NCBI GenBank assembly: GCA_965206845.1
Contig: OZ242221.1
Span: forward strand, 288,001 to 352,000
Direction of reading: 5' to 3'
Length of the DNA stretch: 64,000 nt
Source of the DNA: Cenarchaeum sp.
Lineage (GTDB): Archaea > Thermoproteota > Nitrososphaeria > Nitrososphaerales > Nitrosopumilaceae
In this document: one piece after another, positions 42,572-52,130 of the stretch
How the letters are laid out: every line of letters begins with the position of its first letter
Position numbering within the stretch: position 1 is the first letter of the stretch
Program-made: the position numbers and the translations under genes
The notes under the pieces: model-generated
Databases searched by the model: none
What the model was told of the DNA's origin: nothing
The model's input: the letters and a program-made list of their open reading frames with translations, nothing else

Positions 42572-42751
42572 GCTGGCCCGCCGGGATCACCTCAGGCGCA
42601 GGACTCTTCGCTCAGTCGCCACACTTACCATTCCCGCGGGCGCCCCGTTGCAGTCGCAAGGCCGCACCACCCATTCACACACGCATATGCGCATAGTAAT
42701 ACGAATAAAGATTCGGAAAACTCAGCCATGTGACATGCAAACCGAAAGGCT

Positions 42752-43825
42752 TTGATCGAACCCTTGCCAAGAGACCATATGCGACCGGCAAAGGCGGTAA
42801 AACTGGGAGAGGAGTTCCTCAAGGGCATCAGCGAGGGGGAACTCGTGTCGATGCAGGTGATGGAAAAGGACTACAAGGTCAAGACCATGCTGCAGGCGGC
42901 TAGGCACCGCAAGAAAGGAATGCTCCTGAGGGAGATATCCGAGGCAATCGGAAAGGCAGTGAGCACGGTACACGGCTGGCTGCTGCGGCTCGAAGAGTGC
43001 ATGGAGAGGAGGTACGACCGCAAGAGTCCCGGCAGGCCGTGCCGCCTGTCTGACGCGCAAAGGAGTGTCCTTGACAGGGACATCGAGAAAAATCCGGAGG
43101 AGAGCGGCTTCCGTCGAAGCACGTGGACTGCCAAGCTCGTCGTCCGCTACATACTGGAAAGGTTTGGTGTCAGGTACAGCTCCGACGGCGCCCTCCGGCT
43201 TACAGACAGGCTGAACTTCTCGGTCAGGAAGGCCAGGCCGGTACCGTACAATTCGGCCACAAAGGAAGAGACAGAAAAGTACGTGAGGGATACCATAAAG
43301 GAGATAGAAGCACACACCGAGAGGGGCTACAAGGTGGTGTGTCTGGACGCGACCGCCCTGATCGACTCTCCGCTGTCCAGGCGCGGCATACGGCGCAGGG
43401 GCGGGCACGACACCGTCAAGATCAATCACTCCAAGAAGAGCATCAAGATCATCGGCGCCCTGGGCAGGAACACACTGGACATCCAGTTCCACGAAAACCT
43501 GGCCACGGGGAACATAATCGAGCTACTGGAGGAGCTCCGGCAAAAGTACGTGAACGTCTTTGTCATAATGGACAACGCGGCGGCTCACAAGAGCAGGGAC
43601 ATGGAGGCTTACATCAGGGGTACGAACGGCTCCGTGGTCAGGTGGTTCCTGCCCCCGCACACCCCGCAGCACAACCCAATCGAGATACTGTGGAGGGAGA
43701 TCAAGAGGGCGATCGCAGACACCTTCTTCGGCGGATTTGACAGGCTACAGGAGAGAATCAGGAAGATACTGGATAGCGAGGGGGTGCCCAGAACAAGGCT
43801 GTTCAGAGACATGATCCGCAATTAA
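42752..43825 (+). CDS. IS630-family transposase A with C-terminus replaced by MITE sequence
   Basis: HTH region plus DAT, MDNAAAH and LPPHTPQHNPIE motifs. The stop lies inside the MITE, and the original tail resumes after 43944 and 51930. Confidence 0.9.
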   Translation: MIEPLPRDHMRPAKAVKLGEEFLKGISEGELVSMQVMEKDYKVKTMLQAARHRKKGMLLREISEAIGKAVSTVHGWLLRLEECMERRYDRKSPGRPCRLSDAQRSVLDRDIEKNPEESGFRRSTWTAKLVVRYILERFGVRYSSDGALRLTDRLNFSVRKARPVPYNSATKEETEKYVRDTIKEIEAHTERGYKVVCLDATALIDSPLSRRGIRRRGGHDTVKINHSKKSIKIIGALGRNTLDIQFHENLATGNIIELLEELRQKYVNVFVIMDNAAAHKSRDMEAYIRGTNGSVVRWFLPPHTPQHNPIEILWREIKRAIADTFFGGFDRLQERIRKILDSEGVPRTRLFRDMIRN

Positions 43826-43944
43826 GAATCGGGCCTTCGATGCCCATAATCTTACAGATGTGTGCTCCAAAGCATGCAACTTTCGTATGATTATGCCAAA
43901 GATCGTGCTCTAATGTGCCTGCGTGCTAATTACGAATCACATCT
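43807..43944 (+). mobile_element. MITE family 1, copy 2
   Basis: 138 bp with the same TIRs and a CAG direct repeat on both sides. Confidence 0.93.
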
Positions 43945-44272
43945 CAGGTACATGCTGGATGCCATGGGTTGTCAAAAGGGTTCGGAAGAGACCAGTTAGC
44001 TCAGAAGTGACTAGCGTCTAGGGTGGGCATTGGCTGGAGAATATGCGGCAGGCCACGCGCCGGAAGCCAAAATGTGAGCCGTCCTGCGTGGTCATGTGCA
44101 ATTTGGGTGTGCGGAGGCGCAGTGTGCCATCGACGATCCCTGCATGGCGCAAAAGGACGGGCCGGTGCGGAGTGTGGGACCGGCTGCAACGCAGTGGGGA
44201 GGCAGGTGCAGCCCCGGGATTGGCGGCGCGCGGCCTTCCGGCCCATTACTGCGGCAGGCGGCCCCGTAGGGA

Positions 44273-45045
44273 CTACCGCGGAAGTGGCGGAGCGGTGCTG
44301 ATGCCACGGCATGTGGCACCTGTGCAGCAGGGGCAGTGCGGATCGGGCGGCGGCTTTCCGCCATCCGTGCTCCAAGGAAGGATATCCATCAGCATGATCA
44401 CCTTCATGTCGGTCTGCGTGAATCTGGAGTAGACACCGCCCAGCGCGAGTGGGCTGCTTGTCAGCTCGGCGTTTGCGAGAATCCAAGCGTTGAACAGTAC
44501 AAGTGAGTAGAGAAAGCAGAGCGTCCTGACGGTGACGCTCCTGCTGCGCGTTCTTACCCTCTCGTTCTCCACCATCCTGAAGCCCGTCTCTATCATCCAC
44601 CTCTCGGCGTACCTGTCGACGTCGATCCCTGGCCTGTTTGTGGCAAACGCGATGTACCGCTCCTCGGGCTCCTCTTCGCAGGATTCCGCCTTGCGCCTCT
44701 TCTTGCTCTTTCTCTTGCGCTCCGTTATGATCATGGTATATTCTGCGTAATCGTTCTTGGACTTTGCTATGCGGAACCCCGATACCTGCGGGCGCTCCCC
44801 TTTGGAGAACTCCGTAATGGCATCGACCACGTTGGGTGTGTTGACGCAGGGAATGAGGTAGCCCACGCCCAGCTCCCCCAGCGTCCTGATGACGTCAGTA
44901 GAGAAGAACTCGCGGTCAAGCACGACCGTTCCGATCTCGGCACCCGTCCCCCTGCACGCCGTGATTGCCCTGCGCACGTAGTCGGCCGTGTCCTCAAGGG
45001 CAGGCATGTGCAGCAGCGCCAGCGCCAGCTGCACGCCCGGCCTGA
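44273..45045 (-). pseudogene. ISH3-like transposase A, C-terminal part
   Basis: LDREFFS, FATN and YAERWMIETGFR motifs. Joins in frame to 51132-51654. Confidence 0.88.
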
Positions 45046-45049
45046 CGCA

Positions 45050-46442
45050 TAGTAGTGGCCACAATGATCCGATCACCTAGCCAGAAAAACTGCAAGTTTC
45101 TGTAATGTTGCAACCCCGTTACCCACACTGACCGTCTCAAGCCAGATCTGCCGATCCAAATTCGAAAGATACTGATCCGGGAAGATTGACGCCATTTTGT
45201 GAAGCCAGAAAGCGATTGCGGGAACACCCGAGAAGGCGGATGCGCGCGGCTGGAGTCCGGCACCGCGTTCATGCCGGGCGTCAGCGAGAAGAGGCTGGAA
45301 AAAGCGGCACGAAGGGAGAAGGACAAGTGCGCAAAGTTCAGGCTCTTGGCGTGCCTGGGCAGGAAGAAGGACCACAGCATACGCAGGATATCCAGGGATC
45401 TGAAAACCGCCTACTCGACTATCCGCGACTGGCTGCTGCGGATGCGCGACCGCGGACTGAAGGGCAGGTTCAACGCGAGGCCCAAGGGGCGAAGAGCCAG
45501 GCTCCCCCTCCAGATCATCCGTACCGTGCGGCGCTGGCTCAAGAGGAGCCCGAAAAAGTGTGGCTTTGAGACCGGCTCGTGGCAGATGGACATGGTAACC
45601 GAGATGATCCGGAAGGAGTTTGGCGTAACCGTCAGGGCGCGCACGCTGCGCAGGTGGCTGCGCAGGATCGGGTTCTCTTGGAGAAAGGACAGGTACGTCC
45701 CGTACAGGTCAGTCTCCAAAGAGAGGCAGGAGGAGTTCAAAAGGGAGGCAGGGGAGCGCGCGGCCCAGAGGCGCGCGGACGGTATGACCGTCTTTGCCGA
45801 GGACGAGGCCGCGGTCCAAAGATCCCAGAACCCCGCCTACGGGTGGAGGCCGACCGGGGGGCGCGAGCAGGTCAGGGCAAGCTTCTCAAGGGAGTCTGTC
45901 AGGATATTCGGCGCGATGTCCCAAGACGAGCTGCGAATAAAGATCGTGGAGTCGACGAACTTGGAGGCGTTCCGGGAATTCCTGGAGGAGATCCGCAGGG
46001 ACCGTCCGCGGTTATTCATGGTCCTTGACAACGCCTCCTACCACAAGTCGAAGGCTGTCAGGGAGTACGTGGAGTCCGCCGGGGGCGACGTCGAGCTGGA
46101 GTTTCTCCCGCCCTACACTCCGCAGCTGAACCCTGTCGAGACCGTGTGGAGGGACCTGAAGAAGAGGCTTGCCGGCAGGTTCTTCCGGTCGCTCGACGAG
46201 CTGAAGGCGGCGATAACCGCAATCCTTGAGCGCGAGATGGGCAACAGGCTCAAAGGCTATCTTGTAGCATAATCAAACTTGCCTGTACAAATACACGACT
46301 CTGCACTCCAATAGCGTACGACAGTCGCCCGTTCCAGCATGTAATCCAGAAAAATTGAAGGACGTGGAGAATAATGTCACATGGTGGTCAGTGCTTAGCA
46401 GCATTTTTCGTCAAAATGAGCGGATTGTTCTGGCCAGTACTA
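45050..46442 (+). mobile_element. IS630-family element B, left copy
   Basis: Imperfect TIRs TAGTAGTGGCCACAATGATCCGATCA / TGAGCGGATTGTTCTGGCCAGTACTA with CGCA on both sides. Confidence 0.9.
45199..46272 (+). CDS. IS630-family transposase B (intact)
   Basis: HTH region plus EDE, LDNASYH and LPPYTPQLNPVE motifs. Confidence 0.93.
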   Translation: MKPESDCGNTREGGCARLESGTAFMPGVSEKRLEKAARREKDKCAKFRLLACLGRKKDHSIRRISRDLKTAYSTIRDWLLRMRDRGLKGRFNARPKGRRARLPLQIIRTVRRWLKRSPKKCGFETGSWQMDMVTEMIRKEFGVTVRARTLRRWLRRIGFSWRKDRYVPYRSVSKERQEEFKREAGERAAQRRADGMTVFAEDEAAVQRSQNPAYGWRPTGGREQVRASFSRESVRIFGAMSQDELRIKIVESTNLEAFREFLEEIRRDRPRLFMVLDNASYHKSKAVREYVESAGGDVELEFLPPYTPQLNPVETVWRDLKKRLAGRFFRSLDELKAAITAILEREMGNRLKGYLVA

Positions 46443-46495
46443 CGCATAATCTCTAATAAGGACGTAAAGCGTACCGTTTGTTGTAGGAATAGTCT

Positions 46496-47071
46496 ATGAA
46501 AAAAAAGACAGTTGGTATAATGACCTCAGTGATTATAGTTGTAGGAGTATTAGGAATGTTTGTCTGGCCAAATCCTGTAATACAAAATCCAAGCTTTGCA
46601 TGTGCTTTAACTGAAGGGAATCCACAAGGCCCTTACTATATCTCAGGAGCGCCAAACAAAGAGAGACTTGGAGAATCACTTGAAGGACAAAAACTAATAA
46701 TTTCTGGGCAGGTATTAAATCAGAACTGTGATCCAGTACGCGAAGCAATAGTTGACGTTTGGCAAACTGATTCAAACGGGAATTACAATTTTGAAGATTT
46801 TACACTTCGTGGAAAAATAAAGGCAGATGAGCGTGGTCAGTATAAACTTGAAACCATACTTCCTGGTAAATATTCAGAAGCTGGAGTTATGCGCCCAGCA
46901 CATATTCATGTAAAGGTCTCAGCTCCTGGTTTGCTATTGCATACTACCCAGCTTTATTTTGAGGGAGATAAAGACTATGACTTTTTTGTAAAACCTTCTT
47001 TGATTTTGAAATTAGATGAAAAAGATGGAACAAAGTATTCTGAATTTGACTTTGTTATTTTTACTCCTTGA
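46496..47071 (+). CDS. Intradiol ring-cleavage dioxygenase-like protein with N-terminal membrane anchor (AT-rich cargo)
   Basis: GPYY, DVWQTD...G.Y, LRG, PGKY, RPAHIH and TTQLYF motifs. All four Fe ligands appear present. Confidence 0.9.
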   Translation: MKKKTVGIMTSVIIVVGVLGMFVWPNPVIQNPSFACALTEGNPQGPYYISGAPNKERLGESLEGQKLIISGQVLNQNCDPVREAIVDVWQTDSNGNYNFEDFTLRGKIKADERGQYKLETILPGKYSEAGVMRPAHIHVKVSAPGLLLHTTQLYFEGDKDYDFFVKPSLILKLDEKDGTKYSEFDFVIFTP

Positions 47072-47146
47072 TGAGTTTGAATACACATTTGACATGAACT
47101 GCTAATGACAAAATGTAGGTTTCAGTTTGTGATTGGGTCTTTACCT

Positions 47147-48493
47147 CAGTAATCCCAGATGTGCTCACGGAGCCACGGGATCTGGCGGTGGCTCGGGCTG
47201 GATCGTAATATTCTGATAGATTGCTATTAGCGTGGCAATTTTCATATACAGCTGCGTCACCGGAAGGACTCCGCCACACAGCTTCAGAAAGCTTGCCAGC
47301 TGCGCGTTTACCAGCGCCCATGCGTTAAACAGCGTCAGCGAGTACAGAAAGCAGAAAAGCCTGGCAGGCCTATTGCTGCCGAACGACTTTGCCCTGGCGT
47401 TCTCTACCAGTCTGTAGCATGTCTCGATGGTCCACCTTTTGGAATATTCTTCCACATCCACCCACGGGGCATTGGTGGCAAACGCAATGTATCGATCTTC
47501 CGGCGCATCTGCCTTCTTCGCCTTCTTGTCCCCGTTCTTCGTCCTCTCACTTTCTTTCCTTACTCTCTTCTTCTTTGTTATGATCATGTGGTACTGAACC
47601 GTTACCTTGTCAGAATTCGTCATGTCGGATTTTGAGATGGGGCCGAGCGTCTTGGCCACGAACTTGCGCAGCGAGTCTTTCACCCTACTGGTTCTGGTGC
47701 ACGGCATCAGGTACTCAAGGCTAAGGCGCTCAATCTCGGATATCGAGTTCACTGAAAAGAAACCCCTGTCAACCAGGATCAGTCCCAGCCTGGATCCGAC
47801 GGCGGAGACGTTTTCTAGGCACAAATTGATGATTCTACGCAGGGATTCGTGCACGGATGAAGACTTGTCCATGTATAGGGCCGCAAGGATAAGCCGCGAT
47901 TTGGAGTTGACGCACTGCGCCGTGATGTACGCCTCGAATCTGTTGGTGCCGCTCTTGCGCTCGCCACCCCTCAGGTCAGAGCCAAGTTTCTTGCTGTGGC
48001 ACGGTATCAGGTGCATGTCGATGGCCACATCAAGCACATCAGGCAACCTGCCAAGCAAGCAAATCTCATCCAGCTGTGCCCTTACCGCCTGGTTAAAAGT
48101 CTCAAGCGCCTTGCCCTCGTCCGTCTTGGACAGGATATCGCGAAACCACTCGCCGCTTGGAGAATGGCGCGAATATCTTGGATTCTCGATGGGCTGCGCC
48201 GTGATTTCTCTCATGACGAGACTGCATCCGCCGACCGAAGTGTCAAGCATCGCGGCATGCAGCATGCCGGCGTTAAAGTCGCTTGCTCCATATGTCGCGT
48301 TGTACCTTTTGGAGACCTCGGCGGACGGCACGATGCTTTCCCTCAGCATCTTCTCAACAGATTCATATATTTTGCCGTTGTTCATCATATCACGTCTCAG
48401 GCGATCTTTTTGGTAGTACACAAGGATCGTCTGGGCGCGCCCTCATTGATCTGTTTGCATTAGGTGCCAGATCTGGCACATCTGGGATTACTG
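47147..48493 (-). mobile_element. ISH3-like element B, intact
   Basis: Perfect 18-bp TIRs CAGTAATCCCAGATGTGC and a 5-bp TSD TACCT (47142-47146, 48494-48498). Confidence 0.93.
47165..48421 (-). CDS. ISH3/IS4-like DDE transposase B
   Basis: AIDMH, VDRGFFS, FATN and YSKRWTIETCYR motifs. Confidence 0.92.
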   Translation of the reverse strand: MYYQKDRLRRDMMNNGKIYESVEKMLRESIVPSAEVSKRYNATYGASDFNAGMLHAAMLDTSVGGCSLVMREITAQPIENPRYSRHSPSGEWFRDILSKTDEGKALETFNQAVRAQLDEICLLGRLPDVLDVAIDMHLIPCHSKKLGSDLRGGERKSGTNRFEAYITAQCVNSKSRLILAALYMDKSSSVHESLRRIINLCLENVSAVGSRLGLILVDRGFFSVNSISEIERLSLEYLMPCTRTSRVKDSLRKFVAKTLGPISKSDMTNSDKVTVQYHMIITKKKRVRKESERTKNGDKKAKKADAPEDRYIAFATNAPWVDVEEYSKRWTIETCYRLVENARAKSFGSNRPARLFCFLYSLTLFNAWALVNAQLASFLKLCGGVLPVTQLYMKIATLIAIYQNITIQPEPPPDPVAP

Positions 48494-48608
48494 TACCTAA
48501 TCACAAAGCGCCCACCAATCGATATAATCGATAAAGTATTCACACGAGTATGAGAATTAAAGATTACTGAAGCATACTATTTTTTAGTAATGAATTGTTA
48601 ATTATGCC

Positions 48609-48689
48609 TGCGGAAGCTGATTTGAGGTTAAGACCAAGATGACCTCGATGGCGATTCAACACTCCACTTTGCCACTCTCAGTTTCCGCA
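48609..48689 (+). other. Putative three-way-junction RNA or DNA structure
   Basis: TGCGGAAGCTGA/TCAGTTTCCGCA closing stem around hairpins GAGGTTA/TGACCTC and TGGCGA/TTGCCA. It is GC-richer than the surrounding AT-rich DNA. Confidence 0.45.
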
Positions 48690-48771
48690 AATTAATCTAG
48701 TTAACATTTGATATGAACTGTTAATAAAAAAATATAGATCTGTTATATTTCTAAAATAGCTATTAGAAAAT

Positions 48772-48876
48772 ATGAAAATACATTGTGAATGTGAAATCTG
48801 TGATCATTTTATTGCTCAAGAATGCATAATGAATGACTGCGATTGTTGTGTAAATTTTCACATGCGTTCTAGATAA
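48772..48876 (+). CDS. 34-aa Cys/His-rich microprotein (not in ORF track)
   Basis: Manual translation gives MKIHCECEICDHFIAQECIMNDCDCCVNFHMRSR. TTATATTT lies about 25 nt upstream. Confidence 0.65.
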   Translation: MKIHCECEICDHFIAQECIMNDCDCCVNFHMRSR

Positions 48877-48905
48877 TCTATAGTTAGATTACAAAAGATT
48901 TTGAA

Positions 48906-49706
48906 TTATTTTCTTATTTCTAATAGAATATTCTCATCATGCCATTTGATTTGCTCTAAATCATCAAAATTTTTCTTGATATTTTGTTGAAATATTTCTA
49001 GAGATTCATCAAAGATTTCTTTATCGTATAGGGCAAAGGTGGAATAGTGATTATTCTCTGCTTGAGCTACTAGTCTATCAAGACTAGATGTTCTAGAATA
49101 TCCAAACACCCTGGTGGAGTGCATATTCATGTCTGCATTTTGTATGTACTGTTTTAATTCATCCAACTCATACAAACGATCCTCTATATCTGCAAATAAT
49201 GGAAAGTGCTCTCCCCATATACTCCTAAAATTTTGATTTTTTAGTCTAGTGTAGATAAAGAGATGTCCATCATCTTTGAGTGCTCTTAGTGATTCAGACA
49301 AAAACTTTGGAACATTAAAGTGGTGTATTGCATTAAAGGTAACGATGCAATCCATTGAATTATTATCTAATGGAAGACGGTTTGCATCCCCCAGTCTTAC
49401 ACAAAAGTTTGTTGTGTTTTGCTCTATAAGATAATATTCAAGAGATTCTAACATTTTTTCATTATAATCTACACAGTGAATGTAAAATGAATCATCAAAG
49501 CATCTCAAAAACTCTAGGGAATATCGACCATCACCGCAACCAATATCTGCCATGCTAATTTTGGATTTTTTTTTTAGTTTGTCTTTTATGTGTGAAATTG
49601 GTTTTGTATCAAGTGTTCTTACACTTCGGTATTTTGAGGCAATAGCTGAAAAGTGGGCATACATATCTTGTTTGTTAAAATTAATTTCATTTTCAATATT
49701 TGACAA
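48906..49706 (-). CDS. Class I SAM-dependent methyltransferase (AT-rich cargo)
   Basis: ADIGCGDG, GDANRLPL, NAIHH and RALKDDG motifs. Confidence 0.9.
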   Translation of the reverse strand: MSNIENEINFNKQDMYAHFSAIASKYRSVRTLDTKPISHIKDKLKKKSKISMADIGCGDGRYSLEFLRCFDDSFYIHCVDYNEKMLESLEYYLIEQNTTNFCVRLGDANRLPLDNNSMDCIVTFNAIHHFNVPKFLSESLRALKDDGHLFIYTRLKNQNFRSIWGEHFPLFADIEDRLYELDELKQYIQNADMNMHSTRVFGYSRTSSLDRLVAQAENNHYSTFALYDKEIFDESLEIFQQNIKKNFDDLEQIKWHDENILLEIRK

Positions 49707-49740
49707 TGGTAAACATACCGGTTCATCTCATATGAATGCA

Positions 49741-51131
49741 TAGTAGTGGCCACAATGATCCGATCACCTGGCCAGAAAAACTGCAAGTTTCTGTAATGTT
49801 GTAGCCCCGCTACCCACACTGACCGCCTCAAGCCAGATCTGCCGATCCAAATTCGAAAGATACTGATCCGGGAAGATTGACGCCATTTTGTGAAGCCAGA
49901 AAGCGATTGTGGGAACACCCGAGAAGGCGGATGCGCGCGGCTGGAGTCCGGCACCGCGTTCATGCCGGGCGTCAGCGAGAAGAGGCTGGAAAAAGCGGCA
50001 CGAAGGGAGAAGGACAAGTGCGCAAAGTTCAGGCTCTTGGTGTGCCTAGGCAGGAAGGAGGGCCACAGCATACGCAGGATATCCAAGGATCTGAAAACCG
50101 CCTACTCGACTATCCGCGACTGGCTGCTGCGGATGCGCGACCGCGGACTGAAGGGCAGATTCAACGCGAGGCCCAAGGGGCGAAGAGCCAAGCTCCCCCT
50201 CCAGATCATCCGTACCGTGCGGCGCTGGCTCAAGAGGAACCCGAAAAAGTGTGGCTTTGAGACCGGCTCGTGGCAGATGGACATGGTAACCGAGATGATC
50301 CGGAAGGAGTTTGGCGTAACCGTCAGGGCGCGCACGCTGCGCAGGTGGCTGCGCAGGATCGGGTTCTCTTGGAGAAAGGACAGGTACGTCCCGTACAGGT
50401 CAGTCTCCAAAGAGAGGCAGGAGGAGTTCAAAAGGGAGGCAGGGGAGCGCGCGGCCCAGAGGCGCGCGGACGGTATGACCGTCTTTGCCGAGGACGAGGC
50501 CGCGGTCCAAAGATCCCAGAACCCCGCCTACGGGTGGAGGCCGACCGGGGGGGCGAGCAGGTCAGGGCAAGCTTCTCAAGGGAGTCTGTCAGGATATTCG
50601 GCGCGATGTCCCAAGACGAGCTGCGAATAAAGATCGTGGAGTCGACGAACTTGGAGGCGTTCCGGGAATTCCTGGAGGAGATCCGCAGGGACCGTCCGCG
50701 GTTATTCATGGTCCTTGACAACGCCTCCTACCACAAGTCGAAGGCTGTCAGGGAGTACGTGGAGTCCGCCGGGGGCGACGTCGAGCTGGAGTTTCTCCCG
50801 CCCTACACTCCGCAGCTGAACCCTGTCGAGACCGTGTGGAGGGACCTGAAGAAGAGGCTTGCCGGCAGGTTCTTCCGGTCGCTCGACGAGCTGAAGGCGG
50901 TGATAACCGCAATCCTTGAGCGCGAGATGGGCAACAGGCTCAAAGGCTACCTCGTCGCCTAAGCTGGGCCGCCTGGAAAAACCGCAATTTCGTACCGAAA
51001 CGGCGTACGGCAGCCGCGAGTTCCTTCATACATCCTTGAAAAATTGCAGGGCAATACGAATAATATCAGAGGAGGTCCGGTGTATTCCTGCATTTTTCGT
51101 CAAAATGAGCGGATTGTTCTGGCCAGTACTA
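49741..51131 (+). mobile_element. IS630-family element B, right copy
   Basis: Near-identical to 45050-46442 in direct orientation, with TGCA on the left and CGCA on the right. Confidence 0.9.
49890..50962 (+). pseudogene. IS630 transposase B, frameshifted copy
   Basis: 1-nt loss near 50553 (GGGGGGCGCGAG in the left copy, GGGGGGGCGAG here) splits the ORF. Confidence 0.85.
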
Positions 51132-51654
51132 CGCACTGCGCCACAACGTACCGCTCGAAGGTGCCCGTCCTGCCCTTGCTCTTTGAGCGCACCAGTTCGG
51201 CCCCGTGCTTGCGATCCCAGCGCCGTATCAGGTGCATGTCAATGGCAATGTCCATCCGTTTTCCGCGAAGCAGGCCAAGCGACTGCAGCCTGTCCAGGTG
51301 GGAGGATATCATTCCTTCAAGCGACCTTGCCAGATCGCCCGGGTCAATCCCCAGGCAGATGTGGGACATCCACTCGCCGCAGGGGGCCTCGCGGTGGCGC
51401 TTGGCGAGCATGCATGAGGCCGTCTTCCACCTCCGCACGGCTGCGGTATATCCGAAGATCGAGGCGCCGAGCGCGGCGGCCCCCATCATGATGGCATGAA
51501 AGGCGGCAGATCCGTATTTTGCGTTGGGCTTTTTGGAGAGCGGGACGATCGGATCGAACACGGTCTCCGCCTCGCTCGTGGCAGACGAGCGGAGCCGCCG
51601 GTCGTTTGCGATGGAGCGCCGCATGCCTCTCGGCAGGCGCGGCTTGCCTGTCAT
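51132..51654 (-). pseudogene. ISH3-like transposase A, N-terminal part
   Basis: PCGEW, IAIDMHLI and FERYVVAQCV align with transposase B (PSGEW, VAIDMHLI, FEAYITAQCV). Confidence 0.88.
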
Positions 51655-51992
51655 TTGGCGCTCCTCCCGCCTCCGTTCCCAGCGGGGCGCGGGATCGAGT
51701 TAGGCTTAAATGCCGATTCTGTGAGTCTAAACCGGTGTGTGAGCCCGTTCATGGTGATTCATTGACGGGTACTCTCACGCCGTTCATTTAACATGCAATG
51801 TTGCCTGTTTTGCAGGCGTTGGCAAATACCTCACAACGCGGGGGTGGTTGCCGCATGCGTCAGCGACGATCTGCAACACGTCCCCCTGCAATTATGCAGC
51901 ATACAAATCACTTCTGAGCTAACTGGAGACGGGCTCCGTGCCGGCGCGTCACCATGACAGCCTGCCCGAACCCACCCCGACATAGCATACTG

Positions 51993-52130
51993 AGATGTGA
52001 TTCGTAATTAGCACGCAGGCATATTAGAGCACGATCTTTGGCATAATCATACGAAAGTTGCATGCTTTGGAGCACACATCTGTAAGATTATGGGCATCGA
52101 AGGCCCGATTCTTAATTGCGGATCATGTCT
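51993..52130 (-). mobile_element. MITE family 1, copy 3
   Basis: Reverse orientation, 138 bp, CTG direct repeats. Confidence 0.93.

Larger units (their letters stand above)
43993..51925 (-). mobile_element. ISH3-like element A, interrupted by a composite transposon
   Basis: Perfect 18-bp TIRs CAGTTAGCTCAGAAGTGA and a 5-bp TSD GAGAC (43988-43992, 51926-51930). Confidence 0.9.

Noticed and set aside
50540-50560. Programmed frameshift in the right IS630-B copy
   Set aside because: The left copy encodes the same protein in one frame. This is a 1-nt loss beside a G run, either a mutation or a sequencing error.
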